The notes beneath the pieces are model-generated. The model made no database searches, was not told the origin of the DNA, and saw nothing but the letters and a program-made list of their open reading frames with translations. A DNA stretch of 64,000 nt from an uncultured bacterium. GTDB lineage: Bacteria; Margulisbacteria; WOR-1; CAZGTC01. Numbering within the stretch: the first letter of the stretch is position 1; each line of letters begins with the position of its first letter. Below are positions 10,201 to 18,960 of the stretch, piece after piece. The DNA is taken from assembly GCA_964528395.1 (NCBI GenBank), contig CAZGTC010000005.1, positions 80,840 through 144,839 of the forward strand, given 5' to 3'. Position numbers and translations under genes: made by a program.

Positions 10201-10399
10201 TTATTATGTAAAAAAAGATGGTTGCTTGAATATAGTTGCAATCGGCAATTTGGAAGAACTATTTGTTGCTGATGATGAAATAAAGGCCTGGATTATTAAT
10301 CTTTTGAAAGCAAAAGAGCTGAAAGTTACAGAATTGGCAGCGCTTAAATTAAAATCATGGGGAATAAATAATCTTAAGCAAATGGTGAAAGAATGGTGA
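7226..10399 (+). CDS. Large protein (1057 aa) with N-terminal PBS-lyase-type HEAT repeats, a PPPPQPQ linker and a ~700-aa unknown domain containing an HEIMH (HExxH) motif
   Basis: HEAT-like repeats at the N-terminus (LGELKDDNAAIIQGLANA..., LGRIRDRRAVKILCDIL...AVAAEALAEFG). It is the first gene of the same-strand cluster. Confidence 0.6.
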   Translation: MYINFLLDCFPLLSSPVLIRTEISEEKKQLLWKLKWEASPEERVRIAETLGELKDDNAAIIQGLANASLGVSWRVNYKALEALATINTSKSISKLLQRIGSYVVSANFASLVEVLNNPKSTLPQRLSALINLGRIRDRRAVKILCDILLNRKECWQMQAVAAEALAEFGFEAVEALKKALENCCWRAKPYIVQSLGRIFLLHTLALKITKNPIYKDALQVKQICQNHKALAEGVVNVLIKAIRENNCVVGKYAAGALAMIKDEQGLPILLKVFRSADLNFRKHIAMLVLDNLKQHSFVTGFALFSKQIFENMELEEKGFLISIAREIYGSEKGHLAGFYQIYQVSPPPPQPQVYPASAPKKAVIVKKQTKEKSPLEIKKGQLLRSLQEGLTKLNFQVAAYEKNRSIPVQLFHSFKAAIAQFKLRWLNKINAEINSGLNFASLTKEIRQNVEGLSNLLKQQYVNVYQKTKMYSIEDKESVCMRVAGCYGLKKIKFPTPGLEARWQKWWKLYRNSMYREINKTIARYDIDKKIWLNKAKPEEKLALYYSFQKYRTFLERAKKDLPAIVKTLFLALKFDGNYEVLKDLLFERIFPRLEIHQKLSYKNAAGLYYIGSKKYLGRNVRQGTIKLKQKSTCESYNLFSDVNVHEIMHSLPDRGVNYKKEAYNLFFEGVTEFLHQVLNQYFYLPKYVAYASEVVLVYAASLFDFKAVVDYYRGANAIKWMHLANKLFLNYPVLKTVFLSLEPKIKSEDSAKRKKAAIAIIKERFQELKPEKIVSLISRPYLPYDLPFWMGNFYKFLISEKTIPDINKRRNVAYLLLKAFVRLEKYYVISEKSIIYLTGLLSLKQKQQLFGDFSRQLLFDSANHDIRYFYPIYALAYDMKDLRYYIRGFNLLIKALDKLNFCTSVNLNINPFSVVAQLAQRIFEKNSDFSFFRVAWEKISHKLEETPGEYLKGGDYQVLKDLLNNFKDEEKEEKAKKFRLLVEKKIREYLDYYVKKDGCLNIVAIGNLEELFVADDEIKAWIINLLKAKELKVTELAALKLKSWGINNLKQMVKEW

Positions 10400-10408
10400 G
10401 GTAATTTT

Positions 10409-11722
10409 ATGAGTAGTTATATACCAGGAATATCTTCTAAACCAATAAAAGTTGCCCGGGCAGATATTGATCCCCGCTGGCAGCAGGCTAAAGAATTGCT
10501 GAATAAACTCTTTAGGGAAGGCGCTATAAACAAAACTATATATAATTTGTTGTTGAATAAAATTGAAAAAAGAGAGTGGGGCCTTGAGCAGATTCAAAAT
10601 CTGGAAAAACTTTATCGGTTATATGTTCTGGTAAAAGCCTGGTTCCAAAACAATGGGCAAGCATTAATTAATTATTATGAAAGCAATTTTTCTTCCCCAA
10701 CGGCTAAAAGTATAAAATTGCCAGTAGTTTTTATGCGAGAAGCTAGAAGATACCTAATGCCAAGCGAGGTTGGGCTTAGCCGATTAAAAACTAAAATTGG
10801 CGCATTGACGCAGGCATTAAATTCTGTTGGGTTTAAAAATGCCAACGAAAACTATTTGAAATTCGGCAAATATCTTTTGGATAAGTCGGGCATTGATTGG
10901 CTGCAATACTCAATGGAAAAAATCCTGGGTATTCTAAGGCAAAATTGCCAAATAATTTTTCCCAAGTACCAAAGCCTAAAGCATCGTTACCCGATAACCT
11001 TTGCCTGTAATTTCCAAAAACCCGGCCAATTCAGGACCGACCGGATTTTGTGGAAGCCGTGGGCAGGCTACGACCTTTCCACCGGGGCAAAGAGAAGAGA
11101 GTTTTTGAAAAATAATCTTTGGGGCGAATTATTATTTATGCATATTATAACAACCCCGGAGAAATTCGGCATTACAAAAGATGATCCAGCGTATGCGGAT
11201 GTTGCCATGCTGATGCGGCACCGTTTTAGCCGTCTTTTGCAGGATTTAGCAAAGAGAAAAAAAGCAATTTTATATAGGGATGTTTGGCATATTACAAGCT
11301 ATTATCAAACAACCCCTTGGCCGCAGTGGTTTAAGGATATCTGGGAAGTCTTTTTAAGAAATCATCCTTTTATTAATCTTGGGCATAAGGTAATGGCGAT
11401 CTTGAAAGAAAAAGGATTGCCTTTGGAACTCTACGACTTTGACAGCCTTTTCAAGGTCAACCAAGCCTTGCGGCGTTTTGGGGCAGATTATTCTGCTCGG
11501 CCAGAAAAAAGGGGGACAATCGTTTTTTCAATTGCCCGACTGATACATTATCGCTCCCATTTGAGAATAAAACTTTTGCTTCCAAAGGCATTGCAAAAAG
11601 AATTCCTTTTTCTCTTGGGCCAGAAACTGCGCGAGTTGGGAATAAACGATATAAACATTTTAACTATTTTTAGTAAAATGACTAGAAGTAAAAATCAGGC
11701 AATTGTTTTTGAGGTATTCTAG
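10409..11722 (+). CDS. Hypothetical protein (437 aa)
   Basis: ORF track. Begins 10 bp after the previous gene, so it is probably co-transcribed. Confidence 0.5.
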   Translation: MSSYIPGISSKPIKVARADIDPRWQQAKELLNKLFREGAINKTIYNLLLNKIEKREWGLEQIQNLEKLYRLYVLVKAWFQNNGQALINYYESNFSSPTAKSIKLPVVFMREARRYLMPSEVGLSRLKTKIGALTQALNSVGFKNANENYLKFGKYLLDKSGIDWLQYSMEKILGILRQNCQIIFPKYQSLKHRYPITFACNFQKPGQFRTDRILWKPWAGYDLSTGAKRREFLKNNLWGELLFMHIITTPEKFGITKDDPAYADVAMLMRHRFSRLLQDLAKRKKAILYRDVWHITSYYQTTPWPQWFKDIWEVFLRNHPFINLGHKVMAILKEKGLPLELYDFDSLFKVNQALRRFGADYSARPEKRGTIVFSIARLIHYRSHLRIKLLLPKALQKEFLFLLGQKLRELGINDINILTIFSKMTRSKNQAIVFEVF

Positions 11723-11774
11723 GTTTTTAGCAGTATAATTTCATTAATGTATTATTTTTGAAAAGGAGAAAAAA

Positions 11775-12314
11775 GTGGGAATAATATCTACATCAAACTA
11801 TCATTGTTTTCTCGAAGGGCCAAGGCATCGGATCGCGATTCCGTGGACGGCAAACCTTGAACAGAGATTAAAACCAATTTATTCAGGGCATCCCCAAGAG
11901 AAACTATGCAAAGATTTGTTGATGATAAGTGAAAATATTAAAGAATTAAAAAAAGAACGGGAAGCAACGGATATCTGGTCCTGGTTAGTGCGTTGGTTTA
12001 CTAGAGGAAAATATGTTTATATTCCCGAAAAATGCCAATGCAAGCCCCGGCCTATTTATCGCCATTCTTTGCCGCCAGAAAAACAACCGTCTCGAAAAAG
12101 ACAAGCCCCACAAGTAAAGATAGAACAAACCCCTGCGGTTGTTGTTCCTCCTACTCCTAAAAAAAAGATAGATCCCAAAGTTATTCGTCAATGTACGCAG
12201 GATGAATTTCTAAGGAAAAGAAGTGCGGATAACGCCCAGGCAAAGCAATGTATAAAGGAATGTAATGGAAAGTCCGGTGCAAAGCTAGGGAATTGTACTG
12301 CTAGATTTTGGTGA
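11775..12314 (+). CDS. Small Cys-motif protein (179 aa) with a P-rich linker, paralogous to the 20159..20815 product
   Basis: Shares the YSGHPQ...C...W..W..RG....PEKCQC block with the 20159 ORF. Confidence 0.5.
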   Translation: MGIISTSNYHCFLEGPRHRIAIPWTANLEQRLKPIYSGHPQEKLCKDLLMISENIKELKKEREATDIWSWLVRWFTRGKYVYIPEKCQCKPRPIYRHSLPPEKQPSRKRQAPQVKIEQTPAVVVPPTPKKKIDPKVIRQCTQDEFLRKRSADNAQAKQCIKECNGKSGAKLGNCTARFW

Positions 12315-12339
12315 TTATTACTATAGAGGAGTTAAAAAA

Positions 12340-15300
12340 ATGGGAATGAAAGTAGAAAGAAATAATGTTCAGCATCCGCGAGGGGCTCCAAATGGAGTAG
12401 GGAGAGCAGGACAACCTTTTAACCTTCAAAAAGGTTCTTCTGCCGGAGGAATTCAAGCTTTTAGGCCGATGGTTGAAGAGAGATTAAATAAACACCCCCA
12501 TTTACAATCTTTTGATATTCTGGGAAAAATCGAAAGAATTGAAGCAGTCTTAAAAGAAGACGGCTTAAAAATAGATGTATTCGGAATTTTTGAAAAAATC
12601 CTTACTTTTTATAATCCAAATTTAGAAGGTATTGAATTAGAAGGAAAAATTGTTGCAATTGTTGATGAGGCATTATCTAATTTAAGCAATAAGGAAGATA
12701 TTTGGAAAAAATTATTGGTTTTTGATGTTCCGGGAGAGGAAACGTTTTTCCCCTTAGCAACAATGGTTCAAGTAGCGCATTTGATTTTTTTGCATAAAGA
12801 AAGCAAAGCTGGCAATCTTCCTATAACTTCTCCTTTGCAGAGCGGCCAAAATATAAAGATACTATTAGAAACATTGAGCCCTAAATCGGAAATCTATAAT
12901 TTTTATCGAATAGCAAAAGAAAAAAAATTGATTGGAACGAATCAAGCTGAAATAGAACAATTTGTAGGTAAAAATTTTGTAATCGCGGGAGAAAAAATAA
13001 AAGGGCAATGGGAAGCTCTTTATGCCACTAATCGAGAAAATGAAATTAATGACCCATTAGGGCACTTGGGTTATTTAAGTGAATTGTGGCAAAGAAGAAT
13101 TGGAACAGAAGAAGAATTAAAACTTATTGTTAAGGCTTTATGCCAGTCTGTTGGGGTTCCGTTTAGTGATGCAGCTAGTAAAAACTTTAACCCTACAGTA
13201 ATTAATTCTTCGGAGGAATTAGAAACGTTTAGGAAAAAAGAGAGAGAGATTCCTCTTTTGTCTAATGTTTTATCTGTTTGGAATTTTTCAAAAGATTCAA
13301 GAAATACATTAGTTTGTAATGATCGTAGTTTGTTTCGAAATAATTTATCTGCCCCAAAGGGTATGTGGAGAGAAAGCGATGAGGGGGTATCTTTAGAAGG
13401 AGACGCTTATTTGGAAGCTCCAATGACCGCTTCCTTGAAGAGCTTAGGCGGTCAATTTTCTTTTTCTGCCAGGATAAAGCCAGCAAATTCAGATAAATGG
13501 CGTGATTTATTGGTTACTTGTCAAAATGGAAAAACAGTGATTCTGCTGGATGGTAAAGAAACAGGCACAACTGATGTGTCTTATGTACAACTTGGAGAAG
13601 AAAAATTACAGCTTTTTAAGGGGTTTAAAGGGGTCATTGAAAACGGGTTCTCTCTCTGGTATACGGTCATGTCCCCAGAAAAAATAAAGGAAGAACAAGA
13701 GAAACAAAAAAAGGAATCATTGCAAGCAAGCTCACCGATAGTTTTCCCTCCAGTACAGAATATGAATATTTCAAGAGTTGTAGATCCAGCTCCTAAAGTT
13801 TCTGCGATGCGAGAAATTAAAGAAACTGATAAAAACCATAATGCGGGTTTAGAGCTATGGAATAAATATCTTAAATATCAAGAATATGCTGCAAAGTTAG
13901 AACGAAATCAATTGAAAAGAGCAGCAAAAATTGGTCTTTGGTTTGGAGTCCCAACTCCGCTGGTTGTTCAAACTGCAATTAAAACATGGCTAATGCTAAA
14001 TTCTGTCGAATATTTTGGAAGCTTGGGTTTTCCTATTTTTGAACTAGGGGCTGGAGTGGTAATTTTTTCCTTAGCATTTAGCATATCTTATTTTGTGAAT
14101 AAATTAATCATGAGATCAACAGAAAAGGGGTTGGGTCTTCTTGGGAAAAAAGCCGAAGATGAAAAGATGGAAAAGTTTTTGGGAATTATAAAGGGATGGT
14201 CTCAAACTGATCCGGAAAGATTTAAGGTAGCGCAAGCATTCATTACAAAGGCTGAAACTTCAGCACAAGTAGATTGGGTAATAAATTGTGTTCTTAGTGC
14301 TAAAGAAGATGAACCCCTGATGCGCTTATCTCAAGCTAGTAATGACTTAATGCAAGGTTATGCTGTTCGTGATGGGGTTTTAAGAAGAGAGGCTCCTGCT
14401 GAACTTAAAGAAAAATTGAGCAATATTCAGAAAGAGATAAAACTATTGCCATCATCAATGAGAGATTTATCTTGTGCAGAAGAAGTAAAATATGCAAAAC
14501 AAATAGCCGACTTGCAAAATAGGCTGAATAAATTATCAGAAGAGCGCGACAACAATTTTAAAAAAGATCGAGAAGATTTGCCAGTCTTGCTTGGAGAAAT
14601 AAAAATATTTTGGCAGGTTATAAAAAAGATTTCAACAGAGGGAAAAAATGAAACAGAAAAATTGGGAGATTGTTTTGGCCACCTGTGGAAGCAAATAAAT
14701 GATATTTTATGTGAACAAAATATAAGCAAAACAGGGACGATTATTTGGGAGGAATCACCGTCAATCCCAAGAGAAGATAAGCCCTTAACAGAAGAATCTT
14801 TGGAAAAGAGATTTTTTGATGCTATCAATAGAGTACAGCAGAAAACGGATTTTTTTAGGGCGAGCATTAATTTGTCAAAGAAGGAGTTAGAAGAAAAGCA
14901 GGGGTCAATTTTAGAGAGTGCTCTTACTGAAGCAGATTTTGTTGCTCTTCCCATAAAACTTCAAGGGTTTGCTCGTAACTTGATAAGCGACATATTGGCA
15001 AGCAATTTAATTTTTACCCCTCCTTCAACAGACTCTGAAGAATGGGAGGACGTTGGAGGATATAAGGTTTGTAAATTAGGGGCAGGGGGATTTGCAGATA
15101 TATATCTTACGCAAGACCAAAAAAAGATTCTAAAAATCTTAAAGCTTCAATATTTATATAGTGAAGAATCGCGCCGTTTAGTGAGAGAAGCACTAGCACA
15201 ACAACTCGTTGTACATCCTAATATTGCGAAAGTTTATGGGAGGGATGAAAAAAATGGTTGGCTAATAACAGAATATGTTAAAGGGATTACTCTTGAGGAA

Positions 15301-15915
15301 TGGATGCAGACAAACGAAAAAGGATTAACAATTATACGAGCTTTGGCTATTTTATTCCAGATTGCCGATGGATTGGAAGCAGCTTTAGTAGAAGGAGTTT
15401 TTCATCGGGATATTTCTTCTCGTAATATTATGTTAAGCGTGGAAAACCCAGCGGAACTTGTAAAAATACTTGATTTTGGAATGTGTAAATTTTTTGAAGG
15501 AGGACCGGCTTATGAAGAAGCTGCGTCAAACCCCAGGCTAAATACAGCATCAGCTCAATTTTCTAAAATGTCAGGAGGAACCCTTGATTATATTGCGCCA
15601 GAACAAGCTATAACATCTTTACAAGAGAAAGGGAAACTTAACTTTAAAGTTGATCTGTTTGCTTTGGGAGTATTATTATATCGAATGTTAACTGGTAATT
15701 TGCCTTTTAATTATGAAAATAAAGGGGTTGAACCACGTGTCCAACATGGAATAGCTTGGTTAGACGAGCAGGTAAATCCAGACTTAACAAATATTCCAGA
15801 AAAAATTCATTCCTTATTGGAGAGATTATTAAAACGAAATCCTCTAGACCGTTATGATGATTACCAAGAATTAAAAGAAGATATACTTAAAATTGCACGG
15901 TTCTATGTAATTTAG
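12340..15915 (+). CDS. Giant membrane protein (1191 aa) with a LamG/ConA-like domain, transmembrane helices, a coiled-coil region and a C-terminal Hanks-type Ser/Thr kinase-like domain with a variant catalytic loop
   Basis: Hanks subdomains are visible: LGAGGFADIY (G-loop), ILKILK, HRDISSRN, DFG, YIAPE and DLFALGVLLYRMLTG. The LamG-like stretch reads FSFSARIKP...LVTCQNGKTVILLDGKETG. Hydrophobic segments are at about residues 530-590. Confidence 0.7.
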   Translation: MGMKVERNNVQHPRGAPNGVGRAGQPFNLQKGSSAGGIQAFRPMVEERLNKHPHLQSFDILGKIERIEAVLKEDGLKIDVFGIFEKILTFYNPNLEGIELEGKIVAIVDEALSNLSNKEDIWKKLLVFDVPGEETFFPLATMVQVAHLIFLHKESKAGNLPITSPLQSGQNIKILLETLSPKSEIYNFYRIAKEKKLIGTNQAEIEQFVGKNFVIAGEKIKGQWEALYATNRENEINDPLGHLGYLSELWQRRIGTEEELKLIVKALCQSVGVPFSDAASKNFNPTVINSSEELETFRKKEREIPLLSNVLSVWNFSKDSRNTLVCNDRSLFRNNLSAPKGMWRESDEGVSLEGDAYLEAPMTASLKSLGGQFSFSARIKPANSDKWRDLLVTCQNGKTVILLDGKETGTTDVSYVQLGEEKLQLFKGFKGVIENGFSLWYTVMSPEKIKEEQEKQKKESLQASSPIVFPPVQNMNISRVVDPAPKVSAMREIKETDKNHNAGLELWNKYLKYQEYAAKLERNQLKRAAKIGLWFGVPTPLVVQTAIKTWLMLNSVEYFGSLGFPIFELGAGVVIFSLAFSISYFVNKLIMRSTEKGLGLLGKKAEDEKMEKFLGIIKGWSQTDPERFKVAQAFITKAETSAQVDWVINCVLSAKEDEPLMRLSQASNDLMQGYAVRDGVLRREAPAELKEKLSNIQKEIKLLPSSMRDLSCAEEVKYAKQIADLQNRLNKLSEERDNNFKKDREDLPVLLGEIKIFWQVIKKISTEGKNETEKLGDCFGHLWKQINDILCEQNISKTGTIIWEESPSIPREDKPLTEESLEKRFFDAINRVQQKTDFFRASINLSKKELEEKQGSILESALTEADFVALPIKLQGFARNLISDILASNLIFTPPSTDSEEWEDVGGYKVCKLGAGGFADIYLTQDQKKILKILKLQYLYSEESRRLVREALAQQLVVHPNIAKVYGRDEKNGWLITEYVKGITLEEWMQTNEKGLTIIRALAILFQIADGLEAALVEGVFHRDISSRNIMLSVENPAELVKILDFGMCKFFEGGPAYEEAASNPRLNTASAQFSKMSGGTLDYIAPEQAITSLQEKGKLNFKVDLFALGVLLYRMLTGNLPFNYENKGVEPRVQHGIAWLDEQVNPDLTNIPEKIHSLLERLLKRNPLDRYDDYQELKEDILKIARFYVI

Positions 15916-15928
15916 GAGGTAAAAAAAT

Positions 15929-17275
15929 ATGTTTATTGCTCCGCTTTCTTTTGTCCACGGGTTATTCGAATCTAATTTATTGGTTAATGCGGGGAACCCT
16001 AGAAAACCGCGGGTTTCCAAGCGCTTATTGGATTTGTTAAAAAAAATGGAAAAAGAAAAGGATCCTGCAAAAAGAGAGTTTGCTTATCTGACCTTAAAGT
16101 CATTGCTAAAGCATTCTAGGGAAAAAAATAATATGGTGCTGGTTTTAATTAATAAATTAAATTCAAAGAAATCATTGATAGATGATAAAGACGACCATAG
16201 CTTTTGTGTTAGAGTCATTGATATATTAGGAGAAACAAGAGATAAAAGAGCAACCCCGATTTTATTAAGATGGTTTAAAAATTGTCCACAAATTGCTGAG
16301 TCTCCATATGGTTTTGAAAATTGTATTACAATTAAGAAGAATATTGCAAAAGTTTTGGGAAAAATAAAGGATCATCGAGCTGTGCCGGATTTGATAGCTA
16401 TTGGGCTAGGGCATCAAGATGGAGAAGTGAGAGAAGCTTCGGCTTGGGCTTTGGGAGAAATTAGGGATCCACGAGCAATAATATCTTTGGTTAAAATGCT
16501 TGAGAGAAGGGATTATTTGTGTAATCTTTATTTTTTTGACCTTGTTATCCGAGCTTTGGCGAAGATTAAAACGAGAGATACTATTCTTGCATTAATAGGT
16601 TGTTTTAAAAAGATAGAAAAGTGTCGCATTATTACTGTCACCATAAGAATAAAAATGATTGGCAGGCGGATCTACAAATCTCATCAAAATTCTTTAGAAA
16701 AAATTTTTTTAGAAATCGCGGATGAAAAAGTGGTGAAAATGTTGAAAAATGCGGCTAAGGATACTCTTCGCAGATCTGGGAATTGGGGAACAATTGCTAG
16801 AATTATCGAAGTTTTTAAGAAAGCGGTTAAGAAAATAATTGATATAAAATATAATCAATATAGGTCAATCATTGAGGCGGCTATAATCATCAATTCACGA
16901 TATTTAACCGCATCTCGCTATCAAAAACAACAAATAATTTCGCAGTTGAGAAGAAAAGTACCGCCAAGACTAATTTCTGTGCTCTTAAGACAGGGAGCCA
17001 GGGGCTTTAATATGCAAATGTTATTAATGCTTCCCCTGGATCTTCGCCAGAGCCTTATTGCTAAAAAGCAACGAGGCGGGCAAACGGTCAAAGTATTGAG
17101 AGCGGTTTTGGGCGAAATCGAAGCCAGCAAGAACAAAGAATATTCACGGCGCATCTGTGAATTACCCTCTAAGGATAAGGCTTTTTGCAATATTATAAAA
17201 GAACTTAAGCGGAGAAAAGCGGAAGGCTCTCCTGTTTATATAGGACAACCTTCTTCTCCATGGGATGTCAAATGA
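15929..17275 (+). CDS. HEAT-repeat (PBS lyase-like) protein, 448 aa
   Basis: Repeats such as DKRATPILLRWF, DHRAVPDLIAIGLGHQDGEVREASAWALGEIRDPRAIISLVKML. Confidence 0.65.
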   Translation: MFIAPLSFVHGLFESNLLVNAGNPRKPRVSKRLLDLLKKMEKEKDPAKREFAYLTLKSLLKHSREKNNMVLVLINKLNSKKSLIDDKDDHSFCVRVIDILGETRDKRATPILLRWFKNCPQIAESPYGFENCITIKKNIAKVLGKIKDHRAVPDLIAIGLGHQDGEVREASAWALGEIRDPRAIISLVKMLERRDYLCNLYFFDLVIRALAKIKTRDTILALIGCFKKIEKCRIITVTIRIKMIGRRIYKSHQNSLEKIFLEIADEKVVKMLKNAAKDTLRRSGNWGTIARIIEVFKKAVKKIIDIKYNQYRSIIEAAIIINSRYLTASRYQKQQIISQLRRKVPPRLISVLLRQGARGFNMQMLLMLPLDLRQSLIAKKQRGGQTVKVLRAVLGEIEASKNKEYSRRICELPSKDKAFCNIIKELKRRKAEGSPVYIGQPSSPWDVK

Positions 17276-17324
17276 TCTGGAGCGTCTAGATAGTATTATG
17301 CATCTAGTTTTTAGAAGGTAAAGT

Positions 17325-18947
17325 ATGGGAAGTTTTTTGATTAATTTGTATCCGAGATTGTCTGGCTATTTGTTGGCAAGCGGGATAGATTTTGCTCGAT
17401 TGAACTCTAAAGAATTAATTGAGAAATTAAATAATAGTTTGGATTGTCGCGAGCGGGCCAAAGCTGCAGAAGAATTAGGACGAAGAAATGAAACATCAGC
17501 TATCCTGCATTTAAGAAAGACAGCAGAAAATGATCCTAGTTTTGTAGTTCGATACCAAGCAAAAAGAGCATTAGCTGAATTAGCTAAAAGAGGCTCAAGC
17601 GAAGCAGCGGAAGCAATAGTTGGCGACGCACCGCTTGAAGTTTATGTAGGATCGCTTAGAGAAGGGAAAGTTACATATTCTATTCCTAACGTTTATTCAA
17701 AAATCAAATATTCAGAACTAATTGAATATTTAGGAAAACCCTTGAGCAATACTCCTTTTTCTGATTGGAGAAATCCCAATGATACAGGACTTGTTTCTAG
17801 CAAAGCAGCCCTTAAAATATTTGGAAACAAGGATAATTTTTGGAAGAAATTTTTTAGAGATACTAGCGCGGACGAGCTAGTTTTTAAGCCAGATACAACG
17901 GAAAAGACCTTTACGGGTTTTTATAATAAAGAGCAACGGAATAAATTTTATGTGCTCTGGCGCCGAATCCAGGAAGAAAGTAAATGGACAAATCGATTTT
18001 TAAGCCAACCCTATTTTGGCGGAAGTTTTTTCTATCGGGGTTTGGCGCGTTTCTTGCTTAATGGTGAGGAAGGAAGCATGCTTGATCCAGAAAAGGAATA
18101 TCAAGCTTTGGACTTACGGGGAAGCATGGAGAGAATTGGGCTTAATTTAGCAATAGATATGCGCGATTTTTATTTTCCTTTTATTGCTGGTTTTGGGGGA
18201 GCCTTTGATTTTCGTTTCAATTTTTTTACTGGTGATGTAAATGGTAGGGCAAAGGGAAAGGCGGATCTCGATGCTTATCCTCGATTATATCTAAGAAATA
18301 GAAATTGGTTGGCAGAAATAGGATTTTATACCAAATCTTGGGGCGAACAAGCATTTGGAGGAAAGGCCGCGATTTCTTTTTCGCTAGAGAATTTTTTTTC
18401 AAAGCTTTCAGTCGCATATTATAAAAAAAGGACTAACTCGGATTCTGGCTTCTTTGATATTCGATTAGACGGGGGATTAAAATTTGGAAAAAAACATGAT
18501 TTTTTCTTTTTATTTAATGGGATAATTTTTCATACTGCTTCAATTAGTGCTACCCTCTTTTTTCAAACTGGAATTGGATACCGTTACTTAGACTTTTTTT
18601 ACTCGTCTTTATATTTAGATTTTTCCGAATCTTATTTTTCTTACAAAATTCTTATGGGGAGCAGGCCGTTAAAATACTTTAGCGTGGAATTATTTCACCA
18701 GAATTTTCCTTATATTAAGCAGAATCTTTTTATTAGTAACGTTGTTTCTTTTGGTGCTTTGGTGTCCGCAGGTCTGGGAAAAGAATTTGAAGTATTTTTT
18801 GAATATAGATTTTGTAAAGCTGAAAAAGGAATGTTTGGAGATATTAATACCAGCGAACATTGGCTGGCGGCTGGGATCCGATGGGTGATTGCTGGAAAAA
18901 ATAATCCGCGCAATCCGATTTCAAGGTTAGAATATGTTAGTTATTAG
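17325..18947 (+). CDS. Protein (540 aa) with an N-terminal HEAT repeat and an aromatic/Gly-rich C-terminal region resembling beta-barrel amphipathic strands
   Basis: N-terminus reads RERAKAAEELGRRNETSAILHLRKTAENDPSFVVRYQAKRALAEL. The C-terminal region has alternating aromatic residues (FDFRFNFF, FFFLFNGIIFHTASISATLFFQTGIGYRYLDFFY). Confidence 0.55.
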   Translation: MGSFLINLYPRLSGYLLASGIDFARLNSKELIEKLNNSLDCRERAKAAEELGRRNETSAILHLRKTAENDPSFVVRYQAKRALAELAKRGSSEAAEAIVGDAPLEVYVGSLREGKVTYSIPNVYSKIKYSELIEYLGKPLSNTPFSDWRNPNDTGLVSSKAALKIFGNKDNFWKKFFRDTSADELVFKPDTTEKTFTGFYNKEQRNKFYVLWRRIQEESKWTNRFLSQPYFGGSFFYRGLARFLLNGEEGSMLDPEKEYQALDLRGSMERIGLNLAIDMRDFYFPFIAGFGGAFDFRFNFFTGDVNGRAKGKADLDAYPRLYLRNRNWLAEIGFYTKSWGEQAFGGKAAISFSLENFFSKLSVAYYKKRTNSDSGFFDIRLDGGLKFGKKHDFFFLFNGIIFHTASISATLFFQTGIGYRYLDFFYSSLYLDFSESYFSYKILMGSRPLKYFSVELFHQNFPYIKQNLFISNVVSFGALVSAGLGKEFEVFFEYRFCKAEKGMFGDINTSEHWLAAGIRWVIAGKNNPRNPISRLEYVSY

Positions 18948-18960
18948 GAGCTAAATTATT

